A stretch of DNA of 56,620 nt from a virus. Below, one piece after another: positions 27,853 through 37,445 of the stretch; within the stretch, counting starts at the first letter, position 1, and each line of letters starts with the position of its first letter. Location: the IMG/VR virus record IMGVR_UViG_3300031566_000038; one strand, written 5' to 3'. The translations under genes and the position numbers were made by a program. The notes under the pieces were generated by a model. It made no database searches, had not been told where the DNA came from, and was given only the letters and a program-made list of their open reading frames with translations.

Positions 27853-28440
27853 ATGAGAAATCTGGTAGCTGCGTTGCATCGGGTCTTAGCGATCACAGAA
27901 GATGAAACAAAAAAGTTTATCTCCGACCACGGTGGGCGGCCCACCCAAAAGGATTTGGACAAGTACGTTCAAGACAAGGGTATGGATAAGGATGAGATCT
28001 CAGAGATCATGTACGATCTCGTGAAGAATCAAATAGGTGGTTTGGAAGCGCCGAAACCGAAGCCTAAATCTAAGTTAGATACTGAAGCGATTAAAAAATT
28101 GGCGAAAGCTACGGGCCTCGAATACGAAACGCACAACTATGAGGTTCGCTTCTTTCTCGAAAGCATGATCTACGTCGATGCTACTAAGATGACGGAAGAC
28201 GAATACGACGAGATGGAAAAAGAGATCAAAAGTTTTTCCTTAAAAGGCGAAGGTTATGAAATTTTCGCTTGGAATGATGTTAGCGGGTACGATTATTGGT
28301 CTCAGCCGGATGAAGAGACAAATTATATTCAGATAGAAGTTAAAGTAGACAAAGATAAGATCGAATCGATAGACCCCAAGCAATTGAAGTTTGATGTAGA
28401 AGATGCTCAGAATACTTTTCACCAGTGGGATAACGGATGA
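27853..28440 (+). CDS. hypothetical acidic protein
   Basis: 195 aa with an AGGGGGATGGG RBS. Confidence 0.5.
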   Translation: MRNLVAALHRVLAITEDETKKFISDHGGRPTQKDLDKYVQDKGMDKDEISEIMYDLVKNQIGGLEAPKPKPKSKLDTEAIKKLAKATGLEYETHNYEVRFFLESMIYVDATKMTEDEYDEMEKEIKSFSLKGEGYEIFAWNDVSGYDYWSQPDEETNYIQIEVKVDKDKIESIDPKQLKFDVEDAQNTFHQWDNG

Positions 28441-28847
28441 CTAGACCTCTAATCTTAATCCAAGCTGAAACCAATCCTATAATCATGGACCAAGTGATAG
28501 AAGAGGTTGGTCCTAGGGTATTAGAGATCGTGGAAAGTTTTTCGGCTAAGGCTTTGAATCGGTATAACGTGCGCCCAGGGAGAATCTTCGGTAACCCTAG
28601 GGGCAAGGAACGGTTCAAGGTGGTTGATCTAGTCGGCTCGAAGATCGTGTGGAAGGACTTACAAACGAACCGCACGACTTACGATGATGTAGACGAGATC
28701 TTAGAAGCTTGGTCTTTGGCGGGGTATCAAGAAATTTCCCGGATCGATCAAATGCTAGAAAAGTTGAAGTCCTGGTTAACTCCATTTTTAGGAGCGGTTA
28801 TTGTAGGCGCTCTGCTTTCATGGCTGGTTAATAAGTTAGGACGGTAA
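28437..28847 (+). CDS. protein with C-terminal transmembrane anchor
   Basis: 136 aa ending ...LTPFLGAVIVGALLSWLVNKLGR. ATGA overlap with the upstream gene. Confidence 0.5.
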   Translation: MTRPLILIQAETNPIIMDQVIEEVGPRVLEIVESFSAKALNRYNVRPGRIFGNPRGKERFKVVDLVGSKIVWKDLQTNRTTYDDVDEILEAWSLAGYQEISRIDQMLEKLKSWLTPFLGAVIVGALLSWLVNKLGR

Positions 28848-28985
28848 AAATGATCTTAGGTAATATTGAAGTCGAAGACGAAAAAGTTGTGTTACAAGTT
28901 GTATTCGAAGATGTCGATCAAGCTTTGGGTTATTGCATCGACCACGAAATTATGATCTCCCCTAAATTTATAGACGAGGGTTCTA

Positions 28986-29306
28986 GTGAGCGAGCATAAA
29001 GATTTTATCGTTGCTAAGACCTTGGAAGCTTTCGAGCGGTTCGATCCGGTGGTGGAAGAAACGTTACCCCAAGAGCCAGGGTCGCCTTCGGTGGCCCCGG
29101 ACGGTGTGCCTGTCTTCGACTTAGAAACGATGAGAAATCTGGAGCTTCACAAAGATAAAGTGATCCACGCCCCTGATTTTGAAGCGTTTATGGATCTCTT
29201 ACAAAACGTAGCTACGGAAGAGAAACTAAACCCGGCTCAAGACTTTGACAAGTTAGCCTCGGTGTTGAACCGGTTTAGAATAGACGAAGGGCTGGACCCA
29301 CTTTAG
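28986..29306 (+). CDS. hypothetical protein
   Basis: 106-aa ORF from a GTG start. Confidence 0.4.
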   Translation: MSEHKDFIVAKTLEAFERFDPVVEETLPQEPGSPSVAPDGVPVFDLETMRNLELHKDKVIHAPDFEAFMDLLQNVATEEKLNPAQDFDKLASVLNRFRIDEGLDPL

Positions 29307-29566
29307 TATCTAGCTCGTGGTTGTCTTTCTTGCGCTTCGTTGACTTTGATGGTTCTGCCGTCGAATTCCTTGCCGTCTAATCCGTGCATGGCGTCGTCAG
29401 CGTCCTGGTCGCTAGAGTAGGTTACAAAACCAAACCCCCTAGACCGATCTGTCTCACGATCGAAAATCACCTTTGCTTCGGTGACTGTACCGTATTGCTC
29501 AAATTTAGCTAACAATGAATCATTGTCAGTGCCCCACGAGAGACCACCCACGAATAACTTTTTCAT
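29303..29566 (-). CDS. RRM-type RNA-binding protein (RNP-1/RNP-2)
   Basis: RNP-2 KLFVGGL and RNP-1 RGFGFVTY in an ~87-aa single RRM. The chosen ATG has an AAGAGGA RBS 8 nt upstream. The ORF-track N-terminal extension (MFCKIKRRLQFQVKR) to 29620 was trimmed; its ATG 9 nt upstream (29575) sits directly against that same RBS. Confidence 0.65.
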   Translation of the reverse strand: MKKLFVGGLSWGTDNDSLLAKFEQYGTVTEAKVIFDRETDRSRGFGFVTYSSDQDADDAMHGLDGKEFDGRTIKVNEAQERQPRARY

Positions 29567-29687
29567 CTCTATCATCCTCTTAACCTGAAATTGAAGTCTT
29601 CTTTTGATCTTACAGAACAAGGCTAGACTGTCAACTACACATTTTCATTACCTTTTCCTACTACAACAAACCAAGGTTAGTTTGTAT

Positions 29688-29703
29688 CTGAGTATATACT
29701 CAG
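29688..29703. promoter_or_regulatory. 16-bp perfect palindrome CTGAGTATATACTCAG (operator-like)
   Basis: In the divergent intergenic region between the RRM gene and 29723-30073, just upstream of the GAAAGGGGG RBS. Confidence 0.4.
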
Positions 29704-29722
29704 GAAAGGGGGTGTTTAAAAA

Positions 29723-30073
29723 ATGGCAGGTATTAAAGAAACAAAAGAACTCTTAGAGTTCATCATCCGGTTAGGTGAAGCGGTAGACCGCAGCATGGAA
29801 GATGGGGAGATAGGTTTCATGGATATGAGCAATTTAGTTTCGGCTATGCTCGCAGCCAATGCAGCTTTCTCTGACATCGCTCTCATACCAGCGGAGATCA
29901 AAGATTTAACGAAAGAAGAATCTGAAGAGCTTTACGCTTACGTGCGAGACGAGCTTGATCTCGAAAGCGACAAGATTGAGATGATCGTCGAAAATGCCTT
30001 GGAAATAGGGATGAAAGTTTACCAACTTATCCTAGCGATCCGAGGCGAAGCGCCAGCCGCACCAGCCGCATAG
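29723..30073 (+). CDS. hypothetical protein
   Basis: 116-aa ORF with a strong RBS; ends PAAPAA. Confidence 0.5.
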   Translation: MAGIKETKELLEFIIRLGEAVDRSMEDGEIGFMDMSNLVSAMLAANAAFSDIALIPAEIKDLTKEESEELYAYVRDELDLESDKIEMIVENALEIGMKVYQLILAIRGEAPAAPAA

Positions 30074-30075
30074 GG

Positions 30076-30098
30076 TAGCCCCTTCGGGGGCTATTTTT
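30076..30098 (+). terminator. rho-independent terminator
   Basis: Stem TAGCCCC/GGGGCTA, loop TTCG, then TTTTT. Confidence 0.55.
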
Positions 30099-30100
30099 CC

Positions 30101-30979
30101 TTAGAAAATCTTCTGCAAATCCACTTCACAATCTTCATCCCACAAAGGGCCTTCTTCGACTTCGGGCTGGTTCAACACGCTCGTCTCTAAATCTAAAGCG
30201 TAATTTAACCGCACCAACTTATCGTTCAAAAGAATCGCTTCTTTGGCGTCCTTGAGCTTTTGGCGGCACTTAGGTGAAAGCTTGGCTTCAGCTACTTTGT
30301 CATAAAAGTCTTCTAAGGAGCCGTCAGAAGAAGCCATAATGCTGATAAGCTCGTTCTTGGTCCTTAGCACCACGTTGGGTACCGAGTCACCTGAATCGCC
30401 CCACAGCGACTTCCACAGCCTTATTTGAGCAAACTCTGTAAGGTGCTCATGTATAACTTTGTGCTTGTCTTTTCGGCAAAAACTAGCTCGAACGTGGTGT
30501 TTGCCTATGAACTCTTTTTTCAGCGGATCGTAAACACCGGCGTTGGGGTGGTCGGATATTTGCCAGATATCTTTGTCTGTGGTGATGACCGTGACTTCAT
30601 CGTTAAAGTGCTGGGCGACAAAGGAAGCGATAGAGTCGTCGGCTTCGTACCCTCCGGCTATGATCGTGGTCGCCTCACCTAGATTTTGTTTAATAGCTTC
30701 GGTGGCGTCGAACCGGGTGCCATCTTGGTGCGTCAACTTTTGCCTGCCTGCCTTATAACCAGGAAGCAATCGATATTTTTCTTCAGGCCTACTATCTAAG
30801 GCGTAGATAAATTTAGCCAACCCGTTCCAACGCCGGTAGCTGGCTATACACTTCTTAAAATAGTCTACGTGTTCGGTGTAATATTTGGGGACTTGATCTG
30901 GTTTGCCACGGTAAGCAGCGAAGAAAGCGATGTAAACTAAATTTGAGAAATCGACCACAACATAACTTTGTCTAAACAT
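30101..30979 (-). CDS. 5'-3' exonuclease / flap endonuclease (FEN, RNase H-like; PIN + H3TH)
   Basis: N-terminal VVVDFSNLVYIAFFA; GYEADD and ITTDKD acidic clusters; LWGDSGDSVPNV matches the H3TH LxGDxSDNIPGV motif. Confidence 0.7.
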   Translation of the reverse strand: MFRQSYVVVDFSNLVYIAFFAAYRGKPDQVPKYYTEHVDYFKKCIASYRRWNGLAKFIYALDSRPEEKYRLLPGYKAGRQKLTHQDGTRFDATEAIKQNLGEATTIIAGGYEADDSIASFVAQHFNDEVTVITTDKDIWQISDHPNAGVYDPLKKEFIGKHHVRASFCRKDKHKVIHEHLTEFAQIRLWKSLWGDSGDSVPNVVLRTKNELISIMASSDGSLEDFYDKVAEAKLSPKCRQKLKDAKEAILLNDKLVRLNYALDLETSVLNQPEVEEGPLWDEDCEVDLQKIF

Positions 30980-31024
30980 AAGGAACCTCCATTGCCGGGA
31001 GTATACTACACCAGGGTTAGGAGT

Positions 31025-31408
31025 TCAATCGTCGGTAGGGTCACTGGAGTACCCAGCTTCAAAGAGATTAATCAAAGTCCACTCAGAGATAGGCCGCCAG
31101 CCGCCTCTAAGGTCTACAGAGAATTTAGTTTCAGACATATCTTTGGTACCTAGGCATGTACTACATACCCGATTACCATTGTTGAGGCTTTTAAATTCTC
31201 GGCTGCACCGTAAACAAGACCTTTGTTTAGCGTCGGCTTCTTCATCGATGTCGTAGCCTTCAACATCTTCTAGGGAAAGATAAGGGCCTAGGCCGTTCCA
31301 ATCCGAAACGTCTTGGTTCCGAGGTCGGGGTGGTCGCCCCCGGCCCCTTTTAGCTTCTTCCTCTTGTTCTTTGATTGTAGATTCAAGGTATCTTCGGACT
31401 TTCCCCAA
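31025..31408 (-). CDS. AT-hook / zinc-ribbon protein
   Basis: RGRGRPPRPR plus CLRC...CSTC. Confidence 0.45.
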   Translation of the reverse strand: MGKVRRYLESTIKEQEEEAKRGRGRPPRPRNQDVSDWNGLGPYLSLEDVEGYDIDEEADAKQRSCLRCSREFKSLNNGNRVCSTCLGTKDMSETKFSVDLRGGWRPISEWTLINLFEAGYSSDPTDD

Positions 31409-31422
31409 AAGTTACCCCCATT

Positions 31423-32355
31423 TTAAGTTTTCGTATTCAGCTTAGCCATAAATTCCGCTCCTTGGATGCCGCCGTAGCCGTAATAGAGATCTTTACCCGA
31501 TCGTCCGAGGTCTATAGCGGTTTCTTGCAACGTGTTCTGTAATAGATCACGCATAGCCGCACGTCCGATGGAGGGGTTCTTTTTCAAGAGTAGAGAAGCC
31601 CCGAGCGCTAACAAACCAGCTACGGTCGGTGAAGCCATCGACGTACCCTGCAATTTTCTGTAGGTTTTGCTTAGATAAGTAGAATAGCAAGAAACACCTG
31701 GGGCTGCCACCGCTACGTGATCGCCGTAATTTGAAAACCACGCTCGATTTTCGTTCTTGTCGATAGCCGCTACGGCTAAAACCCCGTCGTAAGCTGCCGG
31801 GTAAGAATCACTTTGGGTGTTTTCGTTGCCCGCCGCCGCTACGAGTAACACCCCACGGGCGTGAAGTTCCTTACAAATTTGAGCTTGCTCGGGAGAATAG
31901 TGAGTCGAACCCAAAGACATATTGACGATGTGCGGATCGGGTTGGGCGGCTACCCACCTCAAAGCGGCAGTGGTGTAATGGGTATAACCAGAACCGTTGT
32001 CGTCTAAGGTTCGAAGCGAAGTGATTCTTGAACTAGGAGCCAAGCCGACCCCAGCGGCTCCAATCTTACCGCAACACCAAGTTCCGTGGCCGTTGCCGTC
32101 GTTAGGGTTGTTGTTGCCCTGGATAAATGAATACGCCTTCACAGGGGAGTGAGCAAAAGCGAAGTGGTCGGGGGTACACCCAGAGTCTATTACATAAACA
32201 TTTACCTTTTCACCTTTGACCCCGTACTTAGCCCACAAAGAAGGGATCTTGAGTTGATCGAAATCCCAAAGGGTCTCGCCTACCGACAAGCCTTCCACGG
32301 TAGGCCCGTCCCAGATGGGGTTGATGCTAATTTTATCCTTAGCTTCCTCTGTCAT
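31423..32355 (-). CDS. subtilisin-like serine peptidase (S8), no signal peptide
   Basis: Catalytic triad contexts VIDSG (Asp), HGTWCCG (His) and GTSMASP (Ser). Confidence 0.75.
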   Translation of the reverse strand: MTEEAKDKISINPIWDGPTVEGLSVGETLWDFDQLKIPSLWAKYGVKGEKVNVYVIDSGCTPDHFAFAHSPVKAYSFIQGNNNPNDGNGHGTWCCGKIGAAGVGLAPSSRITSLRTLDDNGSGYTHYTTAALRWVAAQPDPHIVNMSLGSTHYSPEQAQICKELHARGVLLVAAAGNENTQSDSYPAAYDGVLAVAAIDKNENRAWFSNYGDHVAVAAPGVSCYSTYLSKTYRKLQGTSMASPTVAGLLALGASLLLKKNPSIGRAAMRDLLQNTLQETAIDLGRSGKDLYYGYGGIQGAEFMAKLNTKT

Positions 32356-32363
32356 AACATCCC

Positions 32364-32750
32364 CTATATTTTGATGTAGTAGGTTTTAGTTACTAATATC
32401 TTTCCTTCGATATCCGAAAAAGTCGCTACCAACGACACTCTTTGGTCGGGGTACTTAGGCAAATAAATCAAGTCTGAGACTTCGTAAAACCCTAGGTACT
32501 TACCTTTGTAGACTATTTCTAAGGTAGCAGCGTTGGCGGGTAAGTAGTTCGGATTGAATTTTATCCGTAGGGTGCCGTTGGCCGCCAGAGAAAATTGCTG
32601 TTCTTCTTCAAATTCACCTGGGGCTGGGTGCGGTGCTGTGGTGTCGAGCGGTGGGGCAGGTTTAGGTGTAGCGACACAAGCCGTCAAAGCTAGGCCGCAT
32701 AGGAATAATTTTAGTTTGGTGAGCATTAGATTTACCCCTATCGTAAACAT
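32364..32750 (-). CDS. secreted protein or lipoprotein
   Basis: Signal peptide LFLCGLALTACVA (lipobox-like). Confidence 0.5.
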   Translation of the reverse strand: MFTIGVNLMLTKLKLFLCGLALTACVATPKPAPPLDTTAPHPAPGEFEEEQQFSLAANGTLRIKFNPNYLPANAATLEIVYKGKYLGFYEVSDLIYLPKYPDQRVSLVATFSDIEGKILVTKTYYIKI

Positions 32751-32770
32751 TTATCTATAAACAATATAAC

Positions 32771-32799
32771 AGAAAAAGGAGCTTGCCGAAGCAAGCCCC
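32771..32799 (-). terminator. rho-independent terminator (minus strand)
   Basis: On the minus strand: GGGGCTTGC-TTCG-GCAAGCTCC followed by TTTTTCT. Sits downstream of gene 32829-33554. Confidence 0.5.
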
Positions 32800-32828
32800 T
32801 TTCGAGGAAATCTAAATTACGTTACGAA

Positions 32829-33554
32829 TTAGGCAGTGAATCTGATTCGTAGTCCAAGGTACGGATTGTCCGAAGTAGGTACGCTAACGACGATAGCGTC
32901 TAAAGCAACCGCTGTGCCTTGAGTGATTTGACCTGCGTCACCTAGGGTGATAGCAGTACCGGCTGACCAATCCAAAGATGTGTCAAACTGGTCTGTCCAT
33001 AGTTCTCCGAGACCGTTTCCAAGCTCGATGAACCCATGCTCACTGTGAAGTCCACGGTTGTTGATGAATCTCTCACCGAACCGTTGCTTGGATTGAACCA
33101 AGGTCAAGTCATAGAGGTAAGTGATCGTAACGGTGGCACCAGCTTCGTCGGCGTGGAACTTTAATCGGCCAGTTTGAAGGTCAACTTTTACAGAATCATT
33201 TGCCGTTGCGCCTGCAAACGTCTCGTCGATTGTGAGCACCAATCCGCCAGCCGTTACGGCCCGGATTCTTAGAGTAACTAGGTTCTGGTTTCGAAGATCA
33301 ACTTCCAAAGCCGCTGGAGCGGAAGGAACAGTAAGAACTTCTACTTCTGAAGTACGATCGGGCTGTGAGTCAGCGGTTTGCGAATACCCGATTGGAATCT
33401 CAGTACCACCGATGGTAGCAACGAGTTCCGCTTTTTCAACACCGTCTTCGATAATGCCGCACATGATCAAGCCTTCTTGGGCTACGACTGTACCGGATGC
33501 CAAAGCTCGGTTGATGCGTTGCGAAGAAAATGTTCGCTTTAGGTCAATAGACAT
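32829..33554 (-). CDS. hypothetical protein (possibly structural)
   Basis: 241-aa ORF with beta-rich composition. Confidence 0.5.
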   Translation of the reverse strand: MSIDLKRTFSSQRINRALASGTVVAQEGLIMCGIIEDGVEKAELVATIGGTEIPIGYSQTADSQPDRTSEVEVLTVPSAPAALEVDLRNQNLVTLRIRAVTAGGLVLTIDETFAGATANDSVKVDLQTGRLKFHADEAGATVTITYLYDLTLVQSKQRFGERFINNRGLHSEHGFIELGNGLGELWTDQFDTSLDWSAGTAITLGDAGQITQGTAVALDAIVVSVPTSDNPYLGLRIRFTA

Positions 33555-33715
33555 TAGTAACTCCTGGAATAAACTTTTTCAATTTGGATATGAGCTAGCG
33601 TGCTGAAAACGAACATTTTCTACCCACTGTCATTTTTCTAAGTTAAGGGTGTGGTAAAGATTTTTAGTAGATTGTACTGTACCCTTGTCGTAAAAATTTA
33701 AAAAAGGGTGGGGCT

Positions 33716-34495
33716 ATGAATCAGCTAAGCGGCGAGTGTTTGCTCATCGGGGATGTTGCGGGTCAATACGAAGCTTTGATGAGCCTCTTAAAGTCCTGTC
33801 CTGACGTTCTCCCGGTGAGTGTTGGTGACATGATCGACCGAGGGCATGACTCCAAAAAGGTAGTCGACTTTTTCAGAGACCACGGCAAAAGGTTGAAAGG
33901 CAACCACGAGCATATGTGCGTGGACTTCATCCAAGATAGAAAATATTACGGCAGTGGTATCTGGTTTCGTAACGGGGGCGAAGCGACGGTAGAATCCTAC
34001 TTAGGTGAATCAATCCGAGATTTAGAGACTGAATTTTGGAATGAATACGAAGACGGCTCTGCACAGGATTTCAACAACGAGATCAGAGAAAAGCTAAAAG
34101 CTACCGGGTTGGACAAAGAGCTAGATGATTTGCCCTTGTACTTTGAACTCGACGGTGGTGGTATCGTCACCCACGCCCCGATCCGAGCCGGGTTGACGTT
34201 GGATACCGTTTGCGAATTAGGGGTGCGAGGTTTCACCAGCTTCAGTAAAGCAGAAGCCAAAGCCGACCAGTCAGTGATCTGGAACCGCTACCCGCCCTGC
34301 AAAATGGAAGGCAAGTACCAAATCTTTGGCCATAACTCGATGTGGGGTCATTGCTTTATGAAGCACGACGAGGACTCGAATTTATCAAGGGACAATTTTA
34401 AAGAACCTTGGGGTGTTTGCTTGGATGATTCCCGAGCAATGAGATTAACCGCTATGCACTGGCCGTCCAAAAAGATCTATCAAGAAGTATTTTGA
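33716..34495 (+). CDS. PPP-family Ser/Thr phosphatase (calcineurin-like metallophosphoesterase)
   Basis: GDVAG...GDMIDRG...GNHE motif series. Confidence 0.7.
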   Translation: MNQLSGECLLIGDVAGQYEALMSLLKSCPDVLPVSVGDMIDRGHDSKKVVDFFRDHGKRLKGNHEHMCVDFIQDRKYYGSGIWFRNGGEATVESYLGESIRDLETEFWNEYEDGSAQDFNNEIREKLKATGLDKELDDLPLYFELDGGGIVTHAPIRAGLTLDTVCELGVRGFTSFSKAEAKADQSVIWNRYPPCKMEGKYQIFGHNSMWGHCFMKHDEDSNLSRDNFKEPWGVCLDDSRAMRLTAMHWPSKKIYQEVF

Positions 34496-34525
34496 GGCGA
34501 CTAAGGTAGATCAGTAGAGCTTTAT

Positions 34526-34576
34526 TATTTCATAAGGTTACAAGCAAAATTCTTGTTTTGCCCCAGGGGATTTTTT
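34526..34576. repeat. ~50-bp repeated element, copy B (inverted relative to 27707-27756)
   Basis: GGTTACAAGCAAAATTCTTGTTTTGCCCCAGGGGATTTTTTCAGGCGT. Hairpin GCAAAA/TTTTGC plus a T-run. Lies between convergent genes. Confidence 0.7.
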
Positions 34577-34587
34577 CAGGCGTGGGC

Positions 34588-35121
34588 TCAAAAAGACTTC
34601 CGCTTTTTAAGCTGTTTGATGATGATAGATTCTTCACCTAGATCGATTTGGGCTGTGGGGAATCTTTTGGCGAGATCCGCTAACACACACCCCCGGACGT
34701 AAGCTTCTTGGGAAAGCTTAAGCTCTTTGCTTCGAGCTTCGATCAAGGTCTTGTGTTGGCGGCGGATAGTAGAAGCCACGTTGACTAGCTCGTTAGGTTC
34801 GTGGCCGCCTCTATCCTTCTGGGTAATCATAGCGTTCCGAACCTGCACCGCTAGATCCAAACACCTTTGCTTGGCACCTTCGTTCTCTTTGAAGATGATC
34901 GACAAGGAGTCGATGACCTTGGCTTGGCCGTGGTGCTTAACCATCAACTTGTAAGCGACGTTGTGCAAAGCGTCGTGGCACCCCGGACAAAGGTCTATCA
35001 AATTATCGATAGTGTCTTTACCGCCTAGAGCCCTGGGGGTTTTGTGGTGTGAGTGCTTGTGGATAACCGGGTAAGCCTCTTCACAACACCCACACCTGAA
35101 GATTTTGTTGAAGTCGTTCAC
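34588..35121 (-). CDS. HNH endonuclease
   Basis: CGCC...HKHSHHKTPRALGG...N..DLCPGCH..LH fits the HNH motif. The likely GTG start overlaps the TGA stop of the upstream methyltransferase gene (GTGA). Confidence 0.55.
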   Translation of the reverse strand: MNDFNKIFRCGCCEEAYPVIHKHSHHKTPRALGGKDTIDNLIDLCPGCHDALHNVAYKLMVKHHGQAKVIDSLSIIFKENEGAKQRCLDLAVQVRNAMITQKDRGGHEPNELVNVASTIRRQHKTLIEARSKELKLSQEAYVRGCVLADLAKRFPTAQIDLGEESIIIKQLKKRKSF

Positions 35122-35762
35122 CGCCCCGCTCGTACCTCGTAGTCGTGTAAAAAGTTGTCGGGAGTAGAGATAGCGTTGGAAGCGTAGATCGCATAGCCCA
35201 TCCACCTACCTTTGGGGTGGTCCGCCCTGGGGTCTCGGAGAACAGCATGAATGTCCACAAAAGAATAGTGTTTACGGAACAAAACGACTAGCTCGGTTTC
35301 GGTGTAGTGCCAAATGTGATAGCCCCGGCGCTCCGCTTTGGTCTTGGGCTGGTACGGGAAAACGTTGCCGTTGGGGGTGGTGCAATAGATACTAGGAGCT
35401 TTCGAAGCGAACCAAGCTAATTGCTTGTCGAGGTCATCTTTTTCTAGGTGTTCTATCGCTTCGATCGAGATCACCATGTCGATAGGCTCGGTAAGGCTTT
35501 CGAGGTCGTGGGTGTACCGCAAGGTTTCAGACCCGAATAGCTCGTTAGCTTTGTCTACTACAGGTTTGTGTAGATCAAATCCAGTGATCTTCAAAGCCCA
35601 AGGGTGGAGAAAGTAGGAGCCGTGGCCGTACCCGCACCCGAAGTCTAGGACAGATTTCCCTATAATATAAGGGGCGGCACCGTGGTACAGGCGTCGAGAA
35701 TTGATAAAGTCACCGTCACCGCCGTTTTGGTTCAGCTTGGGTCGTTCTTCTGTAGTAGTCAT
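35118..35762 (-). CDS. class I SAM-dependent methyltransferase
   Basis: Motif I VLDFGCGYGHG. No DPPY/NPPY DNA-methyltransferase motif, so the substrate is unknown. Confidence 0.65.
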   Translation of the reverse strand: MTTTEERPKLNQNGGDGDFINSRRLYHGAAPYIIGKSVLDFGCGYGHGSYFLHPWALKITGFDLHKPVVDKANELFGSETLRYTHDLESLTEPIDMVISIEAIEHLEKDDLDKQLAWFASKAPSIYCTTPNGNVFPYQPKTKAERRGYHIWHYTETELVVLFRKHYSFVDIHAVLRDPRADHPKGRWMGYAIYASNAISTPDNFLHDYEVRAGR

Positions 35763-35810
35763 ATAGTCCCCTTTTTTAGATCAGAGTCTAAAACTAAAGG
35801 GAACCTTTGG

Positions 35811-37427
35811 CTATGGTTTGTTCCTAAGAATTTTGAAGTCTTCGAGCTTGGCGTTGATGGTAGAATTCGCCGCTTCTAACGAGCCGACCGTAACGTCTAT
35901 GGTTTGATCGATCGTGTGAGTTTGGGCGTGGGTAGAGATCAAAACATTATCGATATAGAATTCTATGTTGGTGCCGTCTAGGTACAACCCGTACAACACC
36001 ACGTCGCCTTCTGGGGTTGAAATTTGGTCCGATCCAACGTTAAACAAGCAAACCCCGTTTACATCGAAAACTAAAAACCTTAGCCGATCCGACGACGCTA
36101 GAAATTGGAAGCCGTCTTTTTGGTTGGTTGTAGTAGAGACTAGACCTCTACGGCCCGGCCCTCGGATGTGGGTGGTCTTAAGCTGGAAGTACAAGGGCAG
36201 CTTAAGCTCGACTTGCTTGGTTGTAAGATACAAATCGTGAATTCTGTCGGGTAAAGCTCGGGTGGTGAAGTAAGGCATCGCTTCAGCTTGGGGTAGATAC
36301 AAATCCAATTGGAAGGTGTCGGTGGCGTCTATCCCTGGAATTTCTATTTCAACATCGAATGTAGCAGCCGTCAAAGGAATCTCAGAAGATTGGACGGTGC
36401 CGTACAAAGGAGCCCACACCGAAATTTGTTCCGCTGGGGTGGTTGTGGTTTCGGTAGATAGGAGATCGCCGACCACGTTGAAGAAGTTGATGTTTATATT
36501 GAAATCGGTGAAGGACAAAATTCCGGTGTCGGAAGCGAGCTTGTGGTAAACAGAAATAGTGAGCGCCCTTATGCCTGCTTGTAAGGGCACCGGGTCAATA
36601 ATCTCGATGTTAAGGTTATCGAAAGCTGAAAAGGGGTTGACGTTAGAAGCTCTGATCCGCCATTCGTAAGTGCCTTCGATGTCGCCTTCGGTCAAATTGG
36701 ATGTCGCCACAAGCCCTGGGGCTTCGATGATATAATTTTCTGGCCGGGAAGTTTCGTCCGGGTCGGCTACAAATTGTGGGTTAGGCATAAAGTTGGTGAT
36801 CGAGTTCTCAATGTAAATCACATCCGATTTTTCATTGTACTCCAACGGTATGAAAGTTCCGTCGTCGGCTGAGTTAGTCCCGTCCGGCGGCTCGAAATAT
36901 ACTCTGTGGGAGCCTTGGGAAAGAAGAATATCGTCGTTGCTAAGGGTGTACAACACCGACTCTACGATCGGCTCGGGAGTGGAGATATTATCTTCCGGGT
37001 ACACCGCCAGGCTTGCAGGGATGTTTTCTTCGAACTCATCGTACTTGATTGGCTGCGGCGTTAGCTCCCGAGCTTCTTCGGTCGTGTCTAACACCGGTAC
37101 TCGGGTTGTAACCGCTACCGTGTCCCGAACCTCTAGGATCTCCAAGAATAGATCTATCAAATAGCTAGGGTTGGCTATCGTGACGATAGCATTTTGCTCG
37201 AAGGTAGTAGTCCCAAACAATCCGTTGGACGTGTCTAAGAAAGACGCAGGGACTTCGAAGCTTTGTAACTCCAATTCCTTTAGCGTTTCATTAGGCGTGA
37301 TGTACTGGTGTAACAGCTTCACGGTAATATCCACGGGGTCGGGATTTTCACCCACATCAATTCGTCTGATGTACTCCCCGTGGATTACATTGCGGTCTAA
37401 GCTGGCTTTTATTTTGGTAGTTCCCAT
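35811..37427 (-). CDS. large putative structural protein (tail-fibre-like?)
   Basis: 538-aa ORF, beta-rich. Confidence 0.55.
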   Translation of the reverse strand: MGTTKIKASLDRNVIHGEYIRRIDVGENPDPVDITVKLLHQYITPNETLKELELQSFEVPASFLDTSNGLFGTTTFEQNAIVTIANPSYLIDLFLEILEVRDTVAVTTRVPVLDTTEEARELTPQPIKYDEFEENIPASLAVYPEDNISTPEPIVESVLYTLSNDDILLSQGSHRVYFEPPDGTNSADDGTFIPLEYNEKSDVIYIENSITNFMPNPQFVADPDETSRPENYIIEAPGLVATSNLTEGDIEGTYEWRIRASNVNPFSAFDNLNIEIIDPVPLQAGIRALTISVYHKLASDTGILSFTDFNININFFNVVGDLLSTETTTTPAEQISVWAPLYGTVQSSEIPLTAATFDVEIEIPGIDATDTFQLDLYLPQAEAMPYFTTRALPDRIHDLYLTTKQVELKLPLYFQLKTTHIRGPGRRGLVSTTTNQKDGFQFLASSDRLRFLVFDVNGVCLFNVGSDQISTPEGDVVLYGLYLDGTNIEFYIDNVLISTHAQTHTIDQTIDVTVGSLEAANSTINAKLEDFKILRNKP

Positions 37428-37445
37428 ACCACAAAAATAAGCTGG

